Part shown: positions 39,701 through 52,334 of the stretch, one piece after another
How the letters are laid out: the number at the start of each line of letters is the position of its first letter
How positions within the stretch are numbered: position 1 is the first letter of the stretch
Assembly (NCBI GenBank): GCA_040954595.2
Contig: CM082582.2
Span: forward strand, 7,318,063-7,382,062
Source of the DNA: Balanoglossus misakiensis
Lineage: Eukaryota; Animalia; Hemichordata
Length of the DNA stretch: 64,000 nt
Direction: 5' to 3'
Program-made: the position numbers and the translations under genes
Notes under the pieces: model-generated
Database searches by the model: none
Seen by the model: only the letters and a program-made list of their open reading frames with translations
Told to the model about the DNA's origin: nothing

Positions 39701-42700
39701 GCCTTGTCACCAGTGTCTGGAATAGACATTAAAGCAGACATAAGACTCTAAAATAACATAATAAAACTTTCACTGCCAGTATATGCACATCTTGAATAAA
39801 AAGTACTGGCAGATCCTACAATGGACAACAATGCAACATTTGTACACATTTTTAACATATTTTCTGATAAAATGCACAGACTTTGTCATTCCAAAGTAAT
39901 AATTTTTGAAACTATGTTTCTTTGAATTACTCAACAACTGAGATATTTTGACTTTCAGACTCTGATGGATTCAGTTTGGACTTTGTTCTTCAGACTTTTG
40001 TCAACTGATTCACAGCACCCCAAACTTCGGAAACTTACTATCAACAGCCGATTCGGAACCAGATTCTGGCCTGAGTAAATCCTCCACATCTGAGGATTCT
40101 GTCTCTGAACTCTCGCTCTCTGTGTCACTGTCTGTGTCACTCCCACTGTCACTGCTTGTGTCCGAGTCCTCCTCTATTTCACCATACACATCAGGGTCGT
40201 AGTACGGGTCATCTTTACCGGACGGTGACTTCACTCTAGATTCCACTGGTGTCTGAAATGAATGAAGACGACAAAATAAGTGGGATACTTTGTGTGAAAA
40301 AAATACTGGAAATTAAAGAGATACAGCTAATTAATGTCACTTTAATATTGTTTTATGAGGGAAAAATGGCCAGCAAAGTTTGTTTTATCCCCTCACCTCA
40401 ACATTCACAACATCTTCTCTTTCCACACAACTGACCGGTGCTTGTATCACGGTTCTCTCACTGAACGACACAACCCACTCATTGATGCCAAGCATCAGAC
40501 CCAACTCCTGCAGTCTACTCCTCTCTGTGCTGGATTTACAGTATTTTGCCAGCAATGTCTTTGATTTTGTGGCTCCTACAGCTCTGCCGAGCGGTTCAAT
40601 GATCACCTGCGATGCGACGAATCACAAAAATTATAAAGTAAGATTTTTTCCTTGTTTAACAACACCCATTTACATGTACATGTACATGTACTTTTAAAAA
40701 TCAAATGGTTTACAGATTTAAAGCAGTTGCCAGAAAATCCACTTAAATATATATCATAGGTTGGATCATACTGTGGATAGTATTCTCCAAAGGGTAGGAT
40801 ATTCCTGGTCTGTTCTTGCTACAACAAACAAAATTGTAGAAAAAGTAAATCGCCATGACTACCGGTACACCTACCTGGTTTGCAATGGCCACACAGATCT
40901 GTGTCGGGATGTACACCAACAACTTGATCACAAACTCCAGCACCGCGCCGTAGTTGCTCAGCTCGTAGTCGTCTTCGTAGGACGTCGGTTGCGGCGCCCC
41001 CGGGGGACTGCTGCTGACACAGAGCTGGGCGAGCGCCGACTCCATCATGTTGGCCAGCAGGGCCAGGGGCGAGTTCTTGAAGCCGCCATATTGGATCACT
41101 ATGGAGACCAGGTGGCCCGCGGTCTGGCGGGCGTCGCCTTTCCCAGCATGCTTTGCAAAGACAGCTGGCGAGGTGGTCGTTGTGAGTTTCAGTAATACGC
41201 CCGGCTTTGGCTCCAGGACACTGACATCGAACGGAAACTGGACTCCTGTTGGGCAAAATTAGCATTGTAGTTACATTGTTGTTGCAAGGAATCTACCGTT
41301 AATCACTAAACTGTTGGTTTAAGCCTTTCACCCATTTTTCCCTAAATGTACCGTATGGGTCCAACTTTACGAAAGAATACAACTGGACTCTGACCAAACC
41401 ATTCCAGTGAGAGGGTAAACAATTTTTTTAAATTAAAAAACAAGAGTGTACAGAAAATTGAATCTCACACACCTGTAGTGATGTCAGATATGATACTTCC
41501 AGCGTTCTTCTCGATGAAGTGCTTCAGGTCGCCATGTTCCGGTTCGAACACCAACGACCAGTGCGACCACGCGGCCAAATCTTCCAACAAAGGTGCGTTC
41601 ATCAGACACGCCATGGCTCGGACCTTCTGCTGCGCGCCCAGCAGACCAACTTTACGTTGCTCGCCGGAAGCAAGGACCTCAGTGGACCTAGTGTAAATAG
41701 CAAAAATCAATAGAACTGACATGAAATTGCATACATTGTACAGTACATGTACCGGTACACTGACCATTATTCAAAAAGGCAGCATACATGAATACAAATG
41801 CAAATATATGTCCTTAATTATGCATCTGCAAAACAAACACAGACATACAAATACACACAGTAGCTTTCCTGAAATTCCCCATCCATGCTTACCTATTGCT
41901 TGTTGAGAATGCACTCTCATAGATGACTCTACTGTGGAGACCAGCCGCGGTCACATCGCCGGCACTCTTTTGTTGTTTCTTGACCGTGTTGACGAGCTGG
42001 AGCAACGATCCATGCCCAAGCTCCCTGGCGGAACTCACCTTGAAGTGACTGCAGAGGGCACTCTCAATCAAATCCCCCTACAAGAAATTAGAAACAACAT
42101 TATACAGACATGATAAGTGAAAGTATCCAAGGAACATTTTTGGACAGAAAAATCCCTTCAACAGTCAACCCTTGAAACTTTGCGTAAACAACATGATGCA
42201 AATGATGGCCGACGAAATTTCAGATGACAGTAGATGAACTTCCTGAACAGAAGAAAGCCAAATTGTATGTGGATGGCAAAACGTTTCTCACATAAAATAA
42301 ACCGCTATGTGGTAGTTCCTACATACCTTATCCAGAGCACCACACTGTTGTATGAACTCCAGCACATCTTGTCTGTTTGGTCTGTAGACAGACCCAGACA
42401 TGACAGATCCACTGCTACCTATGCCAAGCTGGCTCCCTCCATACTCCTCTAACATCTGAGTTGAGCAAAATACAAAAAAATTAGTACCACTTCAGAAGGC
42501 CGTACAACGACCAAACAACACCCAAAAATGAAATAAAATATATGACGTCATTAATCTGGTCATTTATTAAGTCATTCTTTCTGGACCTACCTGTGGATGA
42601 CTATTGATGTATTCCAAGAACGTTCCATATCCCATGGCCAAGAAGGTTTCAAATTTGAAGTGATCTGCAAGCTTCTTTTCGATCCTTGACAGAATGGTCA

Positions 42701-42808
42701 GGCTTAGACTTCCCTGACATTTCTCCAGATATTTCACTAACTGCTGAAGCAACATAGCTGTCATAAAAAAAAACATTATTATTAGTATTACAATTTATTA
42801 TTGTTTTG

Positions 42809-42855
<47 letters not shown>

Positions 42856-45800
42856 TTCGTTATAATCATCATCATCACCACCACCACCATCAACATTATT
42901 AACATTATATGTTATATCATCAAAAAGTGCAACCTTCTGAGGCTTAAACAATGCCTGGTTTAAATCATTTTCACTGTATATCTACCTGCAGATGGTGGGG
43001 TCAGCTGCTGGACTTTGCTGTCATCCACGATTTCAGCAGCCGGTGCATCACGAGAAGCGCTTCCATGTGGTGCGCTTTCAAAGGTGAAAAATCCTTCGGG
43101 TTCTTCCAACTTGCCGGTGCAAATTGCCAACTGGAACAACTGTCGAGCAAGTGGGTTCATCATGACGACATCAAAGAACTTTTCCATGTGTCGTTGGAGC
43201 GATCTGTCGATACTGATCTGTTTGAACGCCATGAAGACGTCCATGATGACTTCAGCTGCCGTTAGACTCGCGTACTTCTTGCGGAGATCGTACCCGGGTG
43301 TTGCCACGGCAGCAGAGGGGTCGCCGAAAGAATCCAGAAGGGTTGATTTGAGTTTCTGTAACTTGGCATCAATCTCTTCTTCCATATCCCTCACAACTTG
43401 CACTCGAATCATGTCAAATGTTGTCTTTTCATCTCGTTGTGCTTTCTTGATGACCTGAGTGTGTCAAAAATTCACAAATAAATAATTCATTATATTCAGA
43501 GCAAGAAAGGAGGAAGAATGGATGCATGGTTACCCTGTCTGTTAAGGTATCCGATTGCGTTTCAGTTTTTCCTGAATAACTGGGCAATAATCCAAGACTG
43601 AGATTCTGTTGGTGTGAAACTACAACATTCTACATTCTGAAATTCAAAATAATAAAACTTACAGAAACGGCCAATGCAATACTTTGTATTCTGACACCCA
43701 GCTGATACGGCTCGTCACAGTTATACTCCCCCATCAAGTACTCCATGAACTTCGTCAGATCGATGGGAGACCTCCAACAGTCGAACTTTTTCATGAATAC
43801 GCGCAGGTGCCTCATTATGTCCATGGTGGTGACGGGCGGGATGTCGGCGTCCGGCAGGGTGGGAGGGAGCTTGAACATGTCGTTGACGATGGGGTTCCTG
43901 GCGATGGGGCCCAGGTTCAGCTCTGCGTAGGACTTCTTGGTCCGGTCGATGTCCGACAGCGACTGGACCAGCTCGTGGGCCGTGGAGATGGAGCGCACCA
44001 TCAGAAACGCCTGTATGTACGCCGAGACTTTACACTGCAGCTGGTGGAGCTCGAAGAGGCGGTCCACCTGCTTCTCGTTCCGGTAGTTGAGCTCCCGCAG
44101 CGACGACACGTTGAAGTGCTGGAACACCAGCCGGAGGACTTTCTCCACGGTGACGTACTCCCCGTTCTCTGCCAGCTTCGTGATGATGTCATCGCACACA
44201 GCATTGACGTACTCCTTATTTGGCTTACCACCTTTGTAGCTGTATTTTTCTACTGAGACCGGCGGCGGTGGTGGCGTACTTCTAGCGGCGTCTGGATTTG
44301 TCCGAACCAAGCTGCTGGTAGACTTTTCCTGGCCTTTTGATACTGCATTTTTTCTGCCTCCAACTAACCCCTGCATCGTCAGAGTAACTTCACTGCCCTT
44401 CATCTTCGACTGATCGCCCTGTGCTGTTGCTTTTGGCAGACTCTTTTTCTGGCTGTTTTTCCCCTGAACTTTGGCAAACAGGTCCGGCCACTCTTCTTCA
44501 TTCAAGTTGCCCTGTTTTGGTGCCACCGCAGATTTACCATCTTCTTTCTTTGACTGCCACGACGGTTTCGTTTCAGTTCTTGACGCCTGTGTACGAGATA
44601 CCGGTACAGGGTTATCCTTAGCAGCCTGGGGGGTCGTCAGAGTTGCTGGCTTATCTGCAGCAGGCTGGGGTGGTCTACTTACATTCGTCGACATAAGGGG
44701 TGCTGGTTGCGCGGGTTGGCTGGGAGTTGGAAGCAGGCCACCACCACCACTGGCTTCAGTTGTTGGTAATGCTGCGGCTTTGCCAGGCGCTGACTGTGCC
44801 GGCTGCGCGGGTTGGGCAGGAACGGGAAGGAGACCACCCCCAACAGCCGCTCCGGCATTCTGTCTTTCCTCTGTCGGATTCTGCTGAATGTACCGCTTTT
44901 TCTGACTGTCGATCTGAGCGATGGCTGACAAGAAGAAGAGCTCGGTTTCGTGTTTGTAAGTCGCGTACTGGCGTTGGTCGAGAAGTTTCTGACTCAGCAG
45001 CATCTGGGTTTGCTGCATGCGCTGCAAGTACTGGTTCTGCAACATCGCGATCTGCGTGTCGTACACTTGCACTTGCTTCCTCACACGTTCGAGGTACTGC
45101 GCTCGCTCGCTCTCCTGATCATTCAGTGTATGCCGAGGTTGATCTGGTCCACTAGAGGGCGGTACAAGACATGGATCACCACTCAGCACTTTGTCATCCG
45201 GCTTAGCCACCACTTCCACTTCTTGCACCGTCTCTGTCGGTTGCTTAGCGGCCACTGTCTCTTCTGGTTTCTTGGCAGCTGCCGCCATTTTCTTTGGCTC
45301 TGTCTTCTTCACATACTGTTGATGAAGCCTCGCCACAAAGTAGGCCAAGTTTGAAGTTGGCTTGGATTCGAAAATATCGAGAAACAAGAGGATCAGGTCG
45401 TCCATATCCACCGTTCCATATTTCTTGACGTTTATGCGTTGCTTGAACGTCTTCCTGTACTTTGCTGGTACATCGCTCCAACGAATGCTGCCTGGGTACA
45501 CTGCTTTCAGCACCTTTATCAGTTCCCTTTTCAGTCGTTCCAGACCAGCTAAATCCACGTCGAAACCAAGTTCAGCCGGTTTGATTTCGTGAATCTTGTA
45601 CGTCTCTTCCAAGTCCAGCCACACTTCGCCGGAATTTTCAACTGTGCTCAGATGGAAGAAATTAAATTCTTCCAACACTGCATCCATGTCCTTGAGACCG
45701 TACCGCTGCGGGGCCAGGGTTTTCTTGTACATCCTGCTGTAGGCGGTGTGGATGTAGCTTTCCGGCATTCCGTGCTTGTAGAGTTGTAGCAGGTTGAACA

Positions 45801-46989
45801 GTTCTTCCATCAGCTTCTCTTTGTCCAAGATCTGTCCCTCTGCCTCCCCCGCCTTGCTCAGTATCTCCGGGCAACTTGGTGAACCCGGCGAGTCTGCCGG
45901 TCCTTGCACTACTTGGGGTTTCCCAGTCAGCGGTCCAGGGGCCTGTGACTGTTTCTTGGGTACAGCACCTGGGGGTCTCGCGGAGTTTGGTCCAGGGGCC
46001 TGAGACTGCGTCTTGGGTATCGCCCCTGGGGGTTTCTGATTCTTTGCTGGTGGCTCCTTGGGCTTGAGGTCCGGCGGACCGACGCGTTTTGGCGGCACCT
46101 TTGCGGGTCTTGCCGCAGGTGCCGTTCGCTTCTTCCCACTCATTCCACGATCTTTGTACATGTCACCCAACATAACCCACAGAGTACTCTTTTGGGGATC
46201 CGCATCGCGCTTGAAAGAAATAATGTCACCGAACATGCCGAATAGTTCGTACAGGTGACTGGCTCCGAATTCTTTCAGGTTGAGCTCTTTTCGAAACTTT
46301 TGATTGTAGGCTATGCAGAACAATGTGTCTGGGATTCTGTATCCGTCATTGGCACGTGAGAGCAGCAGTTCCAATATCTCTGCCTTCAGCTGGAGTCTTT
46401 TGCTATCCAATTCTTCATCAATCACTGGCACTGGTGATGGTGCTCTTTCACTCTCTTTGGTTTTTACATTACTCGTCTTGGCACCCTGATCTGGTTTCTT
46501 CCCACCGTCTTTCTGAACGGCCTTGCTGCCACCACCGCCGCTCGGACCAACTTTACTAGCACCATCTTTGGGGCCGGTGTGACCACCACTTCTGCCAGCA
46601 TCTGCGAGAGGGGCTTTTTTCCCATCACCGTTTCTCATGCTGGCTTCATTCGAGCCAGATCTGCCGGAGTCCTTATTTGGCTCGACTTTGCTGCCGTCTT
46701 TGTTATCAGTTCTGACGCCATCTCTGGATTCAGCTCTACTTCCGTCTTTAGAGGCACCAGTCTTAGCATCGCTTTGCGAGCCAGCTTTGTTGTTGTCAGA
46801 CGTTAAGCCAGACTTACCACCACTTTCAGAGCCAGCCGCCCCAGCATTTTTCACGTTGACTTCACCATCATTTGAAGCTACTTTGTCGCCATTTCTTGAG
46901 AAGGTGGCCGCGTTCACCCACTTCTTTCCCTTTTTGCTCTTTACACCCGGCTTTTGTCCCTTTTCATCTCCTTCACCACTCCCTTCCAT
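30785..46989 (-). CDS. NO VEIN-like protein (~25 exons): putative LOTUS/OST-HTH x3, sacsin-type GHKL ATPase, C-terminal NOV_C/DUF3883
   Basis: GHKL motifs ELYSKDTHFVLELVQNADD, NNESGF..DIRALCDVGKSTK, YIGQKGIGFKSVF; AFLPLRSYGFRFVIQGDFDVPSSRE; C-terminal GKWGEALVY..WVNE..ESGQPYDL..YVEVKST..FEISSQE..HLYRV. Presumed start MEGSGEG at 46989 inside a ~3.3-kb exon (43663-46996). Confidence 0.88.
35111..35204. mobile_element. ~90-bp piggyBac-type MITE in NO VEIN-like intron
   Basis: TTAT|CCCTTTCACC...GATGAGAGGG|TTAT: CCCT..AGGG termini and 4-bp TSD; diverged inverted copy at 41319-41419. Confidence 0.65.
41319..41419. mobile_element. Diverged second copy of the same piggyBac-type MITE, opposite orientation
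   Basis: TTAAGCCTTTCACCC...GGTCC...GACCAAACCAT...GTGAGAGGGTAAA aligns with the reverse complement of 35111-35204. Confidence 0.55.
42809..42893. repeat. (TCA)n/(CCA)n microsatellite, intronic
   Basis: About 15 perfect TCA units followed by degenerate TCA/CCA units. Confidence 0.9.
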
Positions 46990-48102
46990 TTTATCCCTGA
47001 ACACAAATAAAGAAACATTAAAGGTAGAGTCATGCACCAATACAGCCACTGTTACCACAGGAAGTTGAGATCTAACCAATCACTGACGTTCAGTGGCCAT
47101 CCACTGCAGCAGTGTGTATTTGGAACCTTGCCAGCAACAGTAACAATACTGGGAAGTCAGACTTAAATATCCACTCTGCACAGAAGAAACTTTACCTGGC
47201 AAATTTGTGGAATAAAAAATCATTCGGAAACTTAAAAATGAGAATCACAATTAGGAATACTAAAATATAAGTGGTACTGAATATTTTACATTAAATTCTT
47301 GATAAAACAAAATAACTATGATTTCACAATGAAATTACATGTATGCCATTACTTTCAGTTAAGGTATGATTTCTGAGCAGACATCTCAGCCACACTTCTC
47401 AGGAAACAATTCGTCACACACAATTTAACAATCACCAAAGAAAATGTTTCTACAATCAAAAATGGTTGATAAGCCATCACAAAAAACAGACCAGGAAATG
47501 TGACCTTAAAAATAGCTATTACTGACCCAAGAATATTGTCAATATCAGTGACTTTATAAAATCTTCCCAAAATGAAAGTTGTTTAAAGGACGTTTAAAAG
47601 ATACCTCTCAGATACTAGCAGTCAAAGAATTATCGCAGATTTTTTAGTCAATAGCTTCCTTGTTTTAGTTTAATCGTAAAGTCATGATAGGTCTGGTACA
47701 GTGTCAGACACACCCATAAATATGTCTATTCTCAGAAACATTGCAACATACATGTAGTTCTGAAGTTTCAAGAACAAACATGTACACAGTGCAACACCTG
47801 TGCAAATGTTAGTTACATATCAACTCATTTTATCACAAAATGAAGAAAAATAAAAGCCAGTTTAATTAACTTTTCTCCTAGTTTTTTTACTTGTTTTAAT
47901 TTTTTAATAGATTTGCCATTTCTATTCAAGTGACAGTAATGAAAATATTCATGTCACAGAGAATTTAGCCATCATTCTGCAATTAATACTATTAAATAAA
48001 ATCAATTAAATAATTGTATATTTCAGATGGCTCACTGTATCTTTTTTACACAATTTTGAAACAGTTCACAGGCGTAGGCCAGCTTACATGTAGTGTTGAC
48101 AC

Positions 48103-48181
48103 TAGCTGCAATGATTGTAGCGGCCAGTGCTGCTTGGTTGACTGGTGCACCTAGCAGCACCCGCTACAATCATTGCAGCTA
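48103..48181. mobile_element. 79-bp foldback MITE with perfect 9-bp target-site duplication
   Basis: 21-bp perfect TIR TAGCTGCAATGATTGTAGCGG / CCGCTACAATCATTGCAGCTA, inner GTGCTGCT/AGCAGCAC pair, flanked by TGTTGACAC at 48094-48102 and 48182-48190. Confidence 0.85.
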
Positions 48182-49263
48182 TGTTGACACCGCCCCCACA
48201 TACATGTATATTTCATTAACAACCAAAATGTTAAAAAGTTACCACTGTACACAACCTTTGATAAAACGTCAGCTACGAGTTCAATCTTTGGTAATTTTAG
48301 TGTCAGATTTCATCATATCAATTGTCCCGTTGATTTTTTATAAGGGCCTACGATCACAATCATACAGTTACTTTCATTTTGTACTCGCTTGACAACATAG
48401 CTCCACTGACATGGAGGATCATTTGGTGATGGAGAGATTCGACTCGGTGCCAGTGGTGTACCAACATCAACATTTTTACGATAACTTTTTCATAATATCA
48501 ACATGTATACTATGCCATATTATTAAACTCACCTGCATCGACGACGCTGAACATGTAGTTTACCTGGAATGTGTGTACAGCGTAAGTAATAACTGAACCT
48601 AGGTCCCAGGCAGCACAACTTATATTCGATTCACTGCAAGACATACAAAGTGACGTCATTGGATTTCCCCGAAGCACAACTTCAGCTGTTCGTAAAGGGC
48701 GCCCTTTACACCTTTAGGACCCTCTAACTATGTCGAATTCTAACAGCGATAATGAAAGTTACGCCTAATTCTTACACAGTCTGTGTGTGTGACACTAGTC
48801 ATGCTGAATTGACATCGCAATTCAATTTCCGTGAATTTCGTGTTAGAATGTTGTTTTGAAGTGTCACATTTAACTCAAAGAACGTTATTTTGTTCCAACA
48901 AACACCACAATCCTAAAGGGTCTCGTGTGACCTTTAACCCTTTTGCGGGCAAGTATCTCTTTCTCTCTGAACATCGAATCAACGTGACATTCGCTTTCCA
49001 CGAAGCATTGTGATTGCTGACATTAAAATTCCAGAGAAATCTTGGTTGTGAGGTAAAGGTGTACTGAAACGAAAGCTTGCAGAAAACTGTTGAACTGACG
49101 ACGTCAGATCGCACACAGACATTCCCTATCCGATGATGCCAAACTCTAGACCTGAAAGCTTACAATAGTACTTGACAATACATAACGAAGATGCATATTG
49201 CATGGACAATAAATATGTATTGATCCAAGTTGATGACCCATCATCATCAGTGGCGTTCATAGA

Positions 49264-52200
49264 ATGAACCGGAACGCGTTGAGTAACGTGCTGGTTTATG
49301 GCAGCAGTAGCAGTGGATCAGAATCAGAATGTGAACCCGAAATCAGGACACAAATGAGAAAGAGGAAAATATCGCCCAGCAGAGATGATGAGGAGGATAG
49401 CAAACGCCAGTCAAAGAAAATGCCAGACAAGTATGTTTCTGAATTCCCGACATACATTTATAGCTATTCCGTTATTAATTTTATTTCATTTATTTTATTA
49501 TTAATCTTATGGTGATGGTGACCATCAGCATGATGGTGACCAGGGATGATGATAATGATCATCATCATCATCATCATCATTATCATGCACTATGCAGTAT
49601 GCCAAGATGATGGGCTAACCTGTAATGCGTTGGAATGTACACTCTAAGAGTTAAGAGCATTATACTGTAGTATTTTTCTCATCTAAAGGTGTCCACCCTT
49701 GGAACTACCAGCAGGAATTCTCAACATGTTCAGTAGCAATGACACTCCGAAAGAGGATGACAGTGCACAGCATCATGGAAGAGTACGGTCTTTCCCACAT
49801 GAACAAGGTAACTGGGCCACGTTTGTCTACATCCCAGGTGAGTTCATATCATGTTTTGTAAAACTGAAGAGGCTGGTAACTTGCTACACACACTACACCG
49901 GATTGTGTATAGCGCCCTGGTGGCAAATACATAATATTCCTTTGTTTTTATTTACAAGCGCTTTTCCTTCAAGCAGTGCAGTGCACTTTGTTGCGAGAAA
50001 CAATCTAACTACGCGTACATCCAAATATCGTCCGGTAAATGTACTAAACGAATTCACACTTATTCTTCAATTTGTCCTAGTTGACCTGGGCGAAAATTTT
50101 CAGCAACTCCTATCATCACTTCTGAGAGCCCTGCCACCAAACCTAGAAATGCAGCCAGTTGAGGATTTCCACATAAGTCTGTCAAGAACTGTAGTCATCC
50201 GACATCACTGGATTGACTTGTTTGTGGAGTCCTTGAGAGAAACATTCGCAGATAACTTCTCATTTAAAATAATCTTTGAACGTCTGGAATTTTACACAAA
50301 TGACGAAAAGACGAGGTAAGTCCGAGCGTAACGTTCAGTTCTGTCAATTTTTTTATCTGTCAGAGTTTTAGAACTAATATTTTCGACTCTTTAGAAGTCA
50401 GTTCTTGCATCCATGCTTTCTCAGTCTTTGGAATAATATAATAAAACACAAAGAACACAAAAAAACATTAAATGGTAACATAAACCCGTCTCACAATCTT
50501 AACTCGCCAGATCTTTCCTTGGATTGAAGATCTCCTCGGGGCATGACAATTTGATCTTGCTGACAAACCAAGTGGATGCTGCCTTAGCTGAGTTTAAATT
50601 ACCTCCATTTTACGAGGTCAGTCAACAAAGTTCTGTTTTTAACGTAAATAATTGAGATGAAACATCATGACGTGTTGTTTTCAATTTTTATGCAGAAGTG
50701 AAAGCAGCATACATGTAATTTCCTGTGTGATTTACCTGAATTGTTCCATTTTTAAATCGGTAAAATTTTATGATGTTTTCAGAATCCCTCCTTTCACATG
50801 AGCATAGCCTGGTGTACCGGCGATGTTGGGTCAAAGGTCAGAAGTGATGCCATGTCATCATTGCAGGTAAGGTAATGCACAGGCATATTGTGATCATGAA
50901 TGCTCATAATGTAGGGTGAATAGTTTGATTTATAATGGAGGGGGGTAATAGTTTGAGGTTTTAGTTTGAACACAAAAATGTCACTGAGAAATATAATATT
51001 CACCCACTTATCACAGAACACAACCATAACATATGAATTCAACAAAGGTCAGTGACTGGTAGGCAAGGAAAACCACAAAGATCACTTAGAGCCAGGGTAT
51101 TGACATATGTGAGACATATGGAAAAAGCTGTGTCTTTCCTGCCTCCCCCAAAGTTATCATCAACAAAAACCTTTCAAATCGGGACTGCTGGAAACTAAAA
51201 AACAATTTTAAACCACAGGGGAAATAGTGTTTTTACACATTATGTCCACAGTAAATAACTCCCCTTTTGCACTTAAAAGTACAAAAAACAGTAAACAGGA
51301 TGTGTTGGGTTTTTTGGTGAAATAATGTTTATCCTGTGAATTTCTTGTATTTTTATCCTCTTATTGGCAACTACATGTAACAGCTTGATATTTTGGTGAA
51401 TAAAGAAGTAAAAATAGCCTGCTATACTATTGACTCATGTACACATGACAATGCGTGTGAACTAAAATTATCCCACCCAAACAAAAAAGTCAAAACAATG
51501 CTATCAGTTAGCACTGTCCCGGGCAGCCTACTTTCAGTTGTGGATCGTCTTTCAACATTTATATTATAAGCATACTGTTATTGGGTTAATTTTCAACATC
51601 AGATTCCATGAAGGGATAAAGCTTGTTTGCGTGCGAGTTTTTCTCAAAAGTCGGTCATGAAGTAATTCCTGAAATTTCTACCAGTAGGGAAGTTGTATTT
51701 ATGGTTTCATGTTACCTACAGCGATTTTGTAATAATATTCTGTATTCACGAACTTCCTGAAGAGGGGGCCGAAATGGTGGTAATTGTGACATTCACAGCT
51801 GAGCAATTTGTCTACGACAGGGTCAGACCAGTTCCAACCGGTTTCACTGAAGTGTCACAATCTTTAAAAAATAATTTCACTGTAGGCTGCCATGGCAAAG
51901 TATTAAAAGATCATGGTTGGGCATAAATAGGCTTTGACTGTGTCTTGTTTAGCATCAGTCGTCATGGTGAGGTCAACTTATTTTGCAGATGTCTCCGTAG
52001 TTGCCGACTGGATTTTCGACTTGAACAGATGTTTTGTGCATTTGCAGGCATCTGGAAGTTCAAGATGCTGAAATAGGCTCCTGTTACAAATGCTGTGTAG
52101 ATGAACAAATCAAATTGGAATGTACCGATATCTGAGCAAAGACTGGTAGTAACATCATCACTTTCTCTGACATGTTCCCTGACCATTAGAACTGTTTCTC

Positions 52201-52334
52201 ACAAGTGAATCTCTTTTTTGCAGAACACATTTGATGAGATGGTACATGAGGACCCATCACTGCAGAAAGTCGACGTGAAAGAGTTGAGATGCAAAACTGG
52301 CAACAAACTTTTCTCGTTTTGGCTGGGGAGATGA
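49264..52334 (+). CDS. USB1: U6 snRNA phosphodiesterase 1; exons 49264-49430, 49689-49837, 50081-50315, 50511-50616, 50783-50866, 52224-52334
   Basis: LVYGSSSSGSESE N-terminus, HHGRVRSFPHEQGNWATFVY, two 2H-phosphodiesterase HxS motifs (FHISLSRT, PSFHMSIAWC), FYTNDEKTRSFLGL, C-terminal RCKTGNKLFSF. Confidence 0.95.

Noticed and set aside
42649-42951. Poly-Asp ORF
   Set aside because: Translation of an intronic (TCA)n microsatellite.
30896-46806. Numerous plus-strand and alternate-frame ORFs overlapping the NO VEIN-like gene
   Set aside because: Shadow ORFs of GC3-rich coding exons with no recognisable domains.
49838-50080. Open reading through USB1 intron 2 (ORF 49699-50319)
   Set aside because: Canonical GTGAG/CTAG splice sites and non-homologous translation; most likely chance, intron retention unsupported.
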